From Planctopirus limnophila DSM 3776 (GTDB lineage: Bacteria; Planctomycetota; Planctomycetia; Planctomycetales; Planctomycetaceae), in contig NC_014148.1 in the NCBI RefSeq assembly GCF_000092105.1, positions 1,380,001-1,412,000 of the forward strand: DNA of 32,000 bases. The letters are read 5' to 3'. The position numbers and the translations under genes were made by a program. How positions within the stretch are numbered: the stretch's first letter is position 1; every line of letters starts with the position of its first letter. The notes below the pieces were generated by a model. It was not told the origin of the DNA, made no database searches, and saw nothing but the letters and a program-made list of their open reading frames with translations. Positions 17,355-25,981 of this stretch are shown here, piece after piece.

Positions 17355-20300
17355 ATGGGAAAAAGTCGAACGGCAACCATACGCAGGGTTCCAGAGGGGG
17401 TGAGTCGGCGCAGTGTCAGGCCTTTCTCTGCACCCATTCTAGCCGGAATAAAGCCGGACACGATTTCGCTTATCCTGCTCAAAGACCAACCTGTAAGCTA
17501 CGTGCGACACTTGCTTGAGTCGGTGCCGCAGTCAGCAGCAGGTCTTGTCGGCGAACTTTTCCCTCAGGCTCTTAAGTCTTTGAGGCTAAAGCACACAAGC
17601 CCATGTACCGAACTGGCAAGTGAACTGAGGTGGCTTACCGCAATCTTTCTTCGTCATAAGGAAAGGCTTGAACAATGGGTCTCTCTCCGCACGGACTTTG
17701 AGCGATCAATGGTGTCGGGAGACTACCCGAAAGCACGTGTCCAGCTGTCAGAAGCCGAACTTCGTTTTGGAAAATCGATTTGGGCGATTGAAAGCGAGCT
17801 TCTTCTAGCGGAATGCTCCGAGGGCATAGAAGGAAATCGGATAGCACTACACCGAATCACGTCCGAGGCACCAAATTGGATCGCAGTACTTGCAACCTTT
17901 CTAAGTGAGCGCGTTGAGACAGCGCTAGCGCCGGTGGAATACGAAGCCGTCGTCCAGTCGCACCTGGACTTCAATGACGACTTTCACCCCATTGCGAGAA
18001 GCGCATTTTTTCGTGTTAGTCCTGCAAAACGGAACTCTATAGCAAATCTCGAAGATGTTTTAAATGTCGAGGAAAGTCACTCGCTGTGCGATAGGCTGAT
18101 AGTAAGCACACGGGTCCTGGAAAACCTGATTTTTCGAGAATCGAGTGATCTAGAACCCGGACTGTCAGACGCTATCCAGTCGTTAGCTGACTCAATAATT
18201 TGCCCGAGATTCCTCTTCCTGAAAAAGGCACTGAGAACGCGGACGCAACTCGATGCGACATCCTTGGAACAAAAAATCTTTCAAGCTGTTCACTACTACA
18301 CTCTTGGTGATTACGAAAATGCACGCTCGTTTGCGGAACAAGCGATAGTTGATTCTCCAGAAACCTTGGAGCCGTACGAGATATTTGTAAAGTCGAGCCT
18401 TCGTTTAGGCCGTCCTCCTGTGTGCCCTTTCAGTCAAGATTCAATCGCGGCCAAGATCTGTAGCAATCTGTCAATTGTTTTCTCGCGCGAGGACAAGATT
18501 AATTCTGCATTGGAAACTTTGTTGCGACTCGGCTACCAGTTGGATGGATTCGCAATTGGCCCGCAATTAAGAGCGTTCTACGCATTGCATTCATACGAGT
18601 CGAACCCACACGTACTGAGTCGCGAATGCGCAATTTATTCTTCGGCCTTCACCCCTCGAGTCGTTGTGTCTCTCTACAAGGACTCGCCTAATGCGTACAG
18701 TGAACTAGAATCACTTGAGCAACTGCATCCCTCGAATGCAGCCGTATCATTATTCAAGGCAAATCAGATAGCGATTCGATCAAGCACGACCCAGCTTCAA
18801 ATCGATCTCAATATTCCGAAAAAGCGACTGCTTCGAAACGAAGCTAATGTTTGCGAACAGTTGCGTTTGTATGATGCCGCGACGCACAAATATGATGAAG
18901 TCTTACGCGAACGCGACTCTACACTAGGGGAGAAATCAGAAGCTGCCTCAGGCCTATATCGCTGTTTGACAGCAAAGAATGAGTTCTCTAAAGCTGCGAG
19001 GCTTATCGTAGAGACAAGCCTCGAAAGACCGCAGATCATTGGAAAGTCGACGCTCATCGAATTACTGACACAATATCCAGAAGGTGGTGATGACGAAGTC
19101 AGTTCTGATATAGCATGGCCGATTCTCCATTTTCTCTCGCAACAGTTAGAATACGAAGAGAGATCACCTTCAAGACTCCACGACGTATTCGAAGACTTCC
19201 TAATTGCATGTTCCTGCAAAAAGCCATCAGAGTTGCTAAAGATCTCGAGCCAGTTTAACAATCGAGAGTTCTCGTTCTTCCTTCGAAACGTGTGCGCTTT
19301 CGAAGTCCTCGCAGAATCGTTTTGGTTCGAATCCCAAGACGAAATTGCTCTCGAGCGAATTTCCCTTTGTGAATGGCTTATTGAGAACGACCCGGAGAAC
19401 CGGCGAATCGACCAGGCGGAGATTGCTGAGATCAGCAGGATTCTCGCTATTCGTGAATTAACACATCATGCTGAGCGGTCAAGAATCTTCGTGGATACGG
19501 ATGCAATCATCGAGTCTCTTCCAAAGACAATTCTTGACCGAGCGACTCGGTGCATGACGCTCGGCATGCTCAAAGACGTCAGTCTCCGTCAAACTATAGA
19601 GATTACAAAAGCTCTAATGGAGGAAATTGACAATAGCAGGATCTTCATCATTGACGAAGGGTTTCGGCTTTTCAAACAAGTATTTGAGGACCTGAAGACA
19701 CAATTTTTATCCAGCAATAAGTACGGTCTAGACGCTAATCTGAGCCAGCGAATCCGCCATGGAACGCTAGCTGGGGCTCTCCGCGCGCCGTTCGAATCGC
19801 AACAACTTGTCACGCTTAAAGACAGCTCAGGAAGTTATATGCAAAACGATTTCTGGATAAGGCGAGTTTGTCGCAGTGAGCATGATTCGACTGGCCTAAG
19901 CGAAGCCTTGGCAGAGTTTTCGGCGACCGTTGATGGCATTATCTATCGAGTCAGGAATGAATGGGTTCAAATCCGACAGAGCTCGGGATCAAGTAGCGCA
20001 CTTTTCAATTTCGAGTTCACAGAAGACCAGCTCGTTTGCTTGTACGAAGCCACGCTTAGCGCGGAATCGCCAGCCGACATGGTTCGGAAAGTATTTGAAG
20101 CGTTATGGCAACGCACTGACGAAGCCCTAAAGGAGGTTAGAGCAACTATAGAAAATGCTCTTTCATCTGAACTCTTTGAGGCAATGAAGCGTTGCGAGCA
20201 GCGAATCGATTCAGTGATTGGGCATGATCAATCAATGCCTATTCGTGCTGCTTTCACAACTTGTGGAACGCATTTGACCATGGCGCTGAAAGCAATTTCG

Positions 20301-20825
20301 GAATGGTTTAGACTCGATGAGCAGAAGCATGTGCCTGACTGTCAGTTGCGCTCTCTATTAGAGGCTAGCACGGAAGCGGCGAAGCAATTTTGTGGGCCTT
20401 CGCGATTGGAGATAAACGTCATTTTGGATAACGACGTTACTGTACCCGGCAACCAATTCCGTGCTTTATGGGACATGCTTTTCATACTTCTTGATAATGC
20501 GGCGAAACACTCAGAATCGACGCAGACGAATGTGACAATCGAGGTTGTTGCCAATGGGCCGGTTATTAAGATGGTCTGCAAGAACGAATTGCCGAGCAAC
20601 ATCGACGTAGAGCTTCTGAAGGAGAAAGCGGCGAGACTAAATCAGATGACCGCAGACGAGCATTCGCTCGCGACTTCACGCGTCGAAGGCGGGAGCGGAT
20701 ACGGCAAGCTACACAAGATTTTGTGCTATGAGATGGGACTAGACAATTATCGAGTCTTTGTTAGTGCTGATTCAAATGAATTTCAGGCAGTCATTGAGCT
20801 CGAGGTACCATGGAGACGGCAATGA
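17355..20825 (+). CDS. dtcA: Detocs DtcA-like sensor: about 800 aa of helical/TPR-like repeats plus a C-terminal GHKL (HATPase_c) kinase domain
   Basis: 1156 aa from the ATG at 17355 (the track start at 17352 is TTG), with AGGACGGA upstream. A TPR-like unit is AVHYYTLGDYENARSFAEQAIVDSPETLEPYEIF. The N-box is LWDMLFILLDNAAKHS and the G-box is VEGGSGYGKLHKIL. No TM segments were seen. Confidence 0.75.
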   Translation: MGKSRTATIRRVPEGVSRRSVRPFSAPILAGIKPDTISLILLKDQPVSYVRHLLESVPQSAAGLVGELFPQALKSLRLKHTSPCTELASELRWLTAIFLRHKERLEQWVSLRTDFERSMVSGDYPKARVQLSEAELRFGKSIWAIESELLLAECSEGIEGNRIALHRITSEAPNWIAVLATFLSERVETALAPVEYEAVVQSHLDFNDDFHPIARSAFFRVSPAKRNSIANLEDVLNVEESHSLCDRLIVSTRVLENLIFRESSDLEPGLSDAIQSLADSIICPRFLFLKKALRTRTQLDATSLEQKIFQAVHYYTLGDYENARSFAEQAIVDSPETLEPYEIFVKSSLRLGRPPVCPFSQDSIAAKICSNLSIVFSREDKINSALETLLRLGYQLDGFAIGPQLRAFYALHSYESNPHVLSRECAIYSSAFTPRVVVSLYKDSPNAYSELESLEQLHPSNAAVSLFKANQIAIRSSTTQLQIDLNIPKKRLLRNEANVCEQLRLYDAATHKYDEVLRERDSTLGEKSEAASGLYRCLTAKNEFSKAARLIVETSLERPQIIGKSTLIELLTQYPEGGDDEVSSDIAWPILHFLSQQLEYEERSPSRLHDVFEDFLIACSCKKPSELLKISSQFNNREFSFFLRNVCAFEVLAESFWFESQDEIALERISLCEWLIENDPENRRIDQAEIAEISRILAIRELTHHAERSRIFVDTDAIIESLPKTILDRATRCMTLGMLKDVSLRQTIEITKALMEEIDNSRIFIIDEGFRLFKQVFEDLKTQFLSSNKYGLDANLSQRIRHGTLAGALRAPFESQQLVTLKDSSGSYMQNDFWIRRVCRSEHDSTGLSEALAEFSATVDGIIYRVRNEWVQIRQSSGSSSALFNFEFTEDQLVCLYEATLSAESPADMVRKVFEALWQRTDEALKEVRATIENALSSELFEAMKRCEQRIDSVIGHDQSMPIRAAFTTCGTHLTMALKAISEWFRLDEQKHVPDCQLRSLLEASTEAAKQFCGPSRLEINVILDNDVTVPGNQFRALWDMLFILLDNAAKHSESTQTNVTIEVVANGPVIKMVCKNELPSNIDVELLKEKAARLNQMTADEHSLATSRVEGGSGYGKLHKILCYEMGLDNYRVFVSADSNEFQAVIELEVPWRRQ

Positions 20826-21286
20826 AAATCCTAATCGCTGATGACGACCCAAATAAGATGCGGCAGCTCAAGTCGTTTGTTATGCAGGAGTTTGTCGATG
20901 CAGAAATACTAGAACGAAACTCCTTTAATAGCGCGCTTCGTTGCGCAATGCTGGACGAGCCTACAGTTATCCTCCTTGACATGACAATGCCGACTTTCGA
21001 TGTCGGTGGCAAAGAGACAGGTGGCTACGAGAGGCGATATGCGGGTTTTGAAGTTTTGCGTAGGCTCAAGCGAAGGAGAAAAGCAAGACGCGTAATAATC
21101 GTCACTCAGTTCGAACGATTCGGAGAAGGCGCGGACCAAATGACGTTAGAGCAGCTAAAGGAGCAGTTGGCGACACAATATCCGGAAAGCTACATCGTGA
21201 CCGTTTACTACCAAGCCTCCGATGCGCAATGGCGTGACGATCTCAGGGTGGCACTCGATATGGCAATTGAAAGGGCTATAGAATGA
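20822..21286 (+). CDS. dtcB: Detocs DtcB-like stand-alone receiver (REC) domain protein
   Basis: MKILIADDDPNK...TVILLDMTMP...RVIIVTQ carries the acidic pair, a phospho-acceptor Asp (D53 from this start) and the conserved Thr. The ATG at 20822 overlaps the dtcA stop (ATGA) and has GGAG 6 nt upstream. An alternative in-frame ATG is at 20810. Confidence 0.8.
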   Translation: MKILIADDDPNKMRQLKSFVMQEFVDAEILERNSFNSALRCAMLDEPTVILLDMTMPTFDVGGKETGGYERRYAGFEVLRRLKRRRKARRVIIVTQFERFGEGADQMTLEQLKEQLATQYPESYIVTVYYQASDAQWRDDLRVALDMAIERAIE

Positions 21287-22518
21287 CAGATATTCCGCTC
21301 CGAGTGCTGGTTGTTGATGACAATGAGGCAAAGCGCAACCGAATTCGTGGCGCTCTCGCAGACGCCGTAGGAGAACCGCAACTTGATTTGAAGTCAGCTT
21401 CTTCAGTTGCCGCCGCAGGTGCAATGCTTGAGTCGCATGATTTCGATTTACTGATTCTTGACCTCAACCTGCCTATGAGAGATGGTGAATCTCCGGTCAA
21501 AGATGGTGGTATGCGTTTGTTGCGAACTATTGTTCGAGGCGGGCCAAGGCTCAGGCGGCCCAAGCATATCGTTGGGCTCACAGAATTCGCAGATCTCTTC
21601 AAAGAGTCTGAATCTGAGATGGAGTCAGAGTCTTGGCAACTCTTGCATTATGCCTTTGACTCATCTGCATGGCAGGATGTTTTAGGCAGGAAAGCTGTCT
21701 ATATCACCGGGACCTTGGCGGGTATGCGTTCCGACGATGAGTACCAGACTGATTTAGCGATAATCACTGCACTGAAGGAGATCGAACTAGACGCTGTCCT
21801 TAGTCTTCCGTGTGAATGGAAGAGTTTGCGGAGAAGCCAAGATGACACGTATTACTATGAGGGACGTATTGAAACCGAAGGCGGACCGCTTAAGGTTGTG
21901 TGCTGTGCTGCAATTGAGATGGGAATGGCAGCAACTGCTTGCCTAGCGACAAAGGTTATCTACAATTTTTCGCCGCGTTATCTAGCGATGGCAGGAATAA
22001 CAGCCGGAATGGCGGGCAACTTTGGGGACGTGATCTTTGCCGATCAGTCGTGGGACTACGGGGCAGGCAAGGTCATAAATTCGTCCAACGCTGAAAGTGT
22101 GTTTAAGCCTGGACCAAACTACATTGCTGTGGATGCTGAACTGAAGGAAAAAGCGCAACATTTTAAGCAGACTCGAAGTGCAATTTTGCATGAGATAGAA
22201 TCCAGATGGCAGGGCAATACACCGTCATCGAGACTAAATCTCAGTATTGGTCCCGTTGCCTCTGGGGCAGCGGTTGTCGAGAGTCAAGAAATGATTGATG
22301 CCATACGCACTCACAACAGGAAACTAATCGGAGTAGAGATGGAAGTTTACGGAAGCTTCCTAGCCTGCCGGACTGCCAGGGCTCCTCGCCCGAAGTGTTT
22401 CGCGGCAAAGTCCATTTGTGACTTTGGCGCTCCACCCAAAACTGACGAATACCAAAAATATGCGGCATTTACCAGCGCTCAGTTTGTCCTAGAATTTGCG
22501 AAGCACTATCTTCGCTAG
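21283..22518 (+). CDS. dtcC: Detocs DtcC-like response regulator: N-terminal REC plus C-terminal PNP_UDP_1/MTA-SAH-nucleosidase-like effector domain
   Basis: The REC domain reads LRVLVVDDNEAK...FDLLILDLNLP...HIVGLTEF. The C-terminal half reads DLAIITALKEIELDAV...AIEMGMAATA...LAMAGITAGMAG...IGPVASGAAVV...LIGVEMEVYG...AAKSICDFG. It parallels MTAN/PNP landmarks (the EME substrate-binding motif and the ISD catalytic-Asp motif). Its ATG overlaps the dtcB stop (ATGA). Confidence 0.75.
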   Translation: MTDIPLRVLVVDDNEAKRNRIRGALADAVGEPQLDLKSASSVAAAGAMLESHDFDLLILDLNLPMRDGESPVKDGGMRLLRTIVRGGPRLRRPKHIVGLTEFADLFKESESEMESESWQLLHYAFDSSAWQDVLGRKAVYITGTLAGMRSDDEYQTDLAIITALKEIELDAVLSLPCEWKSLRRSQDDTYYYEGRIETEGGPLKVVCCAAIEMGMAATACLATKVIYNFSPRYLAMAGITAGMAGNFGDVIFADQSWDYGAGKVINSSNAESVFKPGPNYIAVDAELKEKAQHFKQTRSAILHEIESRWQGNTPSSRLNLSIGPVASGAAVVESQEMIDAIRTHNRKLIGVEMEVYGSFLACRTARAPRPKCFAAKSICDFGAPPKTDEYQKYAAFTSAQFVLEFAKHYLR

Positions 22519-22703
22519 TCTCTGCCAGGATTACTTTTTCCACGATCGGCCGGTTGCACCAAGCGGCAGGCCAAGCTAACGCCGGAAACGATTCAGGCAA
22601 ATTTCAAAAAACATAGGCAGCGCGTGACCAAACGTGTCAAAACGCGGGCTTAGATTGGTTCCCATCATTTTCGTTTCAATCCAAACTCAATGGGAGCCCA
22701 ACA

Positions 22704-23072
22704 ATGCAGTTCAAAGAAAAGACAACAACCCACCAGGTCGCTGTTCTCGAACAGGTCTGGAAACGCCTCAAAAACGCTGAGGTGCAGACAATAAATCAAA
22801 TCATGGATGCCACCGGACTACAGTTCGACGCTGTTTGCGAAGTCCTGTACGACTACGCGGAGCTGCCAGACTTCATCCAGTTGCTTCAAGACAAAGGATG
22901 CCTCGATGATGTGCCGTTCGACGCGTCAGAAATGGAAATGGGGAACCAGGTTCTCCTACTCACCAAGAAAGGTTTTGCTTGGGGCGATTTTGACGAAGAA
23001 CCGATCAATCAAGTTTTTGAACTGCTTGAGTCTGGCAACCGAGCGTCCGAAGACGACATTCCCGACCGTTGA
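22704..23072 (+). CDS. Acidic hypothetical protein (122 aa)
   Basis: ATG at 22704 has GGGAG 7 nt upstream. No recognisable motifs. It lies 186 nt downstream of dtcC. Confidence 0.5.
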   Translation: MQFKEKTTTHQVAVLEQVWKRLKNAEVQTINQIMDATGLQFDAVCEVLYDYAELPDFIQLLQDKGCLDDVPFDASEMEMGNQVLLLTKKGFAWGDFDEEPINQVFELLESGNRASEDDIPDR

Positions 23073-23148
23073 CTGCCAGGTATATCTGTTTAACGGTGGC
23101 GTCGTCTAACACCACCGTTGCACAAATACGCGATCGATGGATGATGCC

Positions 23149-23619
23149 CTACACGCCTTCGCCGCGAATGAGTCGATCGCGGATGTCTTCACAAAACGTG
23201 AAGGTTATGACAGCGGCATGTTCTTCGCGGGCTGGACTTCTATGCATCACGAACAATTGATCGTCCATCCGTACCCTGGTGCCATACTTTTCTGACTCGC
23301 GTTCCGAGGCATCTTTCAAGGCTCGCAAGAGTGCGAAGTAGTTACATCCCAAGACCCTGCACATCTCAACGTAAGGTGTAAAGAACTCGTGAGTTTCGAA
23401 GTAGTCACAACAGGACTCGATGAGATCTTGCGTGCAGATGCGATTAGAGGCTTCAAGCTGCCTACATTTCATCAAAAGTTTCAGTGATTGTGGTCGGCAG
23501 CAATACCCACGTTGCCTAATGTGCTCTGCTGCCTCCTCAATCGTCAGCAGCTGTTCACCGCGAACGATAGGCTTGCGCTCAAGCTCTACAAATTCTCCAA
23601 AGGTCAATCCAATTCTCAT
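23149..23619 (-). CDS. Cys-rich hypothetical protein (156 aa)
   Basis: Internal ATG at 23619 has AGGAG 8 nt upstream (plus-strand ctcct at 23628-23632). Translation starts MRIGLTFGEFVELERKPIVRGEQLLTIEEAAEHIRQRG..., which may be an HTH. It is convergent with the 22704 gene. Confidence 0.5.
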   Translation of the reverse strand: MRIGLTFGEFVELERKPIVRGEQLLTIEEAAEHIRQRGYCCRPQSLKLLMKCRQLEASNRICTQDLIESCCDYFETHEFFTPYVEMCRVLGCNYFALLRALKDASERESEKYGTRVRMDDQLFVMHRSPAREEHAAVITFTFCEDIRDRLIRGEGV

Positions 23620-23853
23620 TGGCACGGCTCCTATGATAAGCATTTGAATTGTGGCGAGGCAAAGTTGCCCGCCTACATGCTTATTACTTTCGAGCAGGGC
23701 AATTCGTAAAAAATTCCGCGAGAGATAGCAGATTGAGTCCACGGCGAATGCGTTCTCTTTCGCACCCTAATCCGTCATTTCGAACCCGCACCGGGTATTC
23801 CTACAGATAGACGCGGCTGTTGTGGCTGCGAATGTCTGTCTTCGAGCCGCTAA

Positions 23854-24150
23854 TCATGGCGGCGTTGAGCATGGAGGTGCGAGTTGCTTTCGACTGTTCC
23901 CCCTTCTTCCTTGTCTGCGCCGGCTCGGCGATCGGAAATCGCTGCGATTCTGGCGGCCGGCATCGTTCGGATGAAGTCGCGTATTGTTAAGCCCGGATGA
24001 AAATGGTGGCGCGGTTCGGTCGAAAACAGCGGCGCTGGGGATGAGAGGAAGCTTGGCTGGTGCGTTTGACTTCTTAGGCTTGGGTGCTCCAACGCGTTGT
24101 CGACCGTGGGATGATGAACTTGTTTCGAACTGGATCTTGAAGTGGCTCAT
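23854..24150 (-). CDS. Possible basic 98-aa protein coupled to the recombinase remnant
   Basis: Its ATG at 24150 overlaps the recombinase stop (ATGA, 24147-24150). The composition is Arg/Pro/Ser-rich and not convincing. Confidence 0.25.
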   Translation of the reverse strand: MSHFKIQFETSSSSHGRQRVGAPKPKKSNAPAKLPLIPSAAVFDRTAPPFSSGLNNTRLHPNDAGRQNRSDFRSPSRRRQGRRGNSRKQLAPPCSTPP

Positions 24151-25241
24151 GACTTCTCGCTTTCTTCTTTGTCAGGATTCTGGGTTGCAAATGACTTCAG
24201 CCCGAGCGGGCTAAGCGTAATGGACAAGGTGCTGTCGGCTGGATCGTGATCGATGCGTGCTACCAACTGGGACATCAGTCGGCTGCGATCGCCCATCGTG
24301 AGATGTTCCCACAATCCTTCGAGATTCTTGATGGCCTTGCGAATGGTCTGTCGATCAGGTGCACCGGCGTGGATCTTTGCGAGTTGGTCTTTCAAATCGT
24401 TGCGACGGCGCAGGTCGCGAGTCTGTTGCTCGGTGAGCGATGCAAGTGAATCGAGACGTTTGACTTCGCGTGCATCATCGCCTGTGGGAATCGAAATGGC
24501 GTCAATTGCTCGCTCGAGGTTGACCAAGCTTTCGTTCAGTAGAGACAACTCTTTCCGAAGCGTATCCCCTTTGTCGTTAATGGTTCGGCTGACGCGAAGG
24601 CTGGTTTCGTTGAGAAGGTGTTCGTCGATTGTCAGCGTTTGGAGTTGTGCCACCACAAAACGTTCGACCTCCTCCGCCGGCAACGATGGCCTGGGGCAAG
24701 TCTTGTGGCCGCGTTTCTTCGCTTTGTTGCAAACGTAGTAGCGATATCGTTTGCTGCCACGGCCGCTTCCGCCGCTGGTCGAATGCGTCATCATGGAATC
24801 GCAGGCTGAGCAACGCAGCAAACCAGCCAGCACGCCGGGGGATTTGCCGTGGATGCGATCGCCAATGCTGACGCGGTTGGCATTGAGCTTCTTCTTTACC
24901 GCTGCAAAGACCTCCGGATCAACGATGGCTCGGTGCTCGCCTTCGTACATCTCGTCGCGATAGCTGACTTTGCCGATGTAGATCGGATTGGTTAGTAAGC
25001 TGTGCAGTGTCGTTTTGTAGAACAGACCGCCGCCGAGTTGCTTGCCAGTTTTGGTGACCCAGCTCTTTGCTCGCCAACCTCGGGCTTGGATGGCTTCGAG
25101 AGTTCCAATGAGTCCCTCGCATTCAAGGTAGAGATCGAAGATCTGACGAACTCGCTCTGCTTCCAGTTCGTTGACGATCAGCTTCTTGGTCGCTCGATCG
25201 ACGTCGTAAACGTAAGCGATGCGCTTGGGATAACTCAGCAA
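24147..25241 (-). pseudogene. Large serine recombinase lacking its N-terminal resolvase catalytic domain (5'-truncated)
   Basis: The recombinase domain reads [31 protein letters not shown]...LLTNPIYIGKVSYRDEMYEGEHRAIVDPEVF. The zinc ribbon reads GLLRCSACDSMM...RYYVCNKAKKRGHKTC, followed by a coiled-coil tail. The ORF begins at a TTG immediately after an in-frame TAA, and no resolvase-type catalytic domain lies upstream. Confidence 0.75.
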
Positions 25242-25277
25242 TCGAAAAGCTTATCGCCAATTTTTCAAGCAATTAAC

Positions 25278-25808
25278 ATGCGATTGCCCTGCACAGAGCC
25301 CACAGCCGTCATTCTGGATGGACGGACGTTACAATCCACTCCTGAGAGCGGCGGCAGAGTTGTCTATGATGGTCACAAAAGGAGAAAAGGATCAAAAACT
25401 CATGCTGCGGTTGATACTTGAGAGCATTTAATCGCGGTCACGGTCAATTGAGCGAATGAACAGGAGCGTCAGCAGGTGGCAAAACTGACAGCAGTGATCC
25501 AGGAAGTGACTCATGAGCAGGTCACTGTGGCCTATGTTGATCAGGGCGACACCGGAGATCAGCCACGAAACGACGCCTCTGAGAATGGGATTCAGCTGGA
25601 AGTGGTCAAGCATACCGAGGCGAAGAAAGGCTTTGTACTGCTGCCTCGTCGATGGGTTGTCGAACGGACATTTGCCTGGCTGGGACGCTCACGCCGATTG
25701 ACCCGTGATGATGAACGACTGACAAAAGTTGTGGCAGGCTGGCACTGGGTCGCCATGATGTCACTATTGATCAAATATATCCCGGAAATCATCCAGAACA
25801 GTCCGTAA
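25278..25808 (+). pseudogene. IS5/IS4-superfamily DDE transposase remnant: 5'-truncated, with two in-frame stops
   Basis: A single frame reads ...[51 protein letters not shown]...[12 protein letters not shown]...[30 protein letters not shown]. The TGA stops are at 25419-25421 and 25449-25451. The N-terminal third of a normal IS5-type transposase is missing. Confidence 0.75.
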
Positions 25809-25826
25809 CAGGCTCTAGGCTATGAA

Positions 25827-25879
25827 TACAGGGAATCGGATCTGCTTGAGTCTGCGGATCCAGTTCCCTGTATTTTTTA
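25827..25879 (+). terminator. Hairpin plus T-run after the transposase remnant
   Basis: ATACAGGGAA / TTCCCTGTAT 10-bp stem around a 28-nt partly self-paired loop, followed by TTTTTT. Confidence 0.45.
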
Positions 25880-25981
25880 GGTCTTTGCCAGTGTGCGAAG
25901 TTAAGCTTTGCACCAAGATGTTGCGATCGCGATCAGGCTGCAGGGCAGCATGATCGCCATAAGCTTGACGAGGGAGTCACC

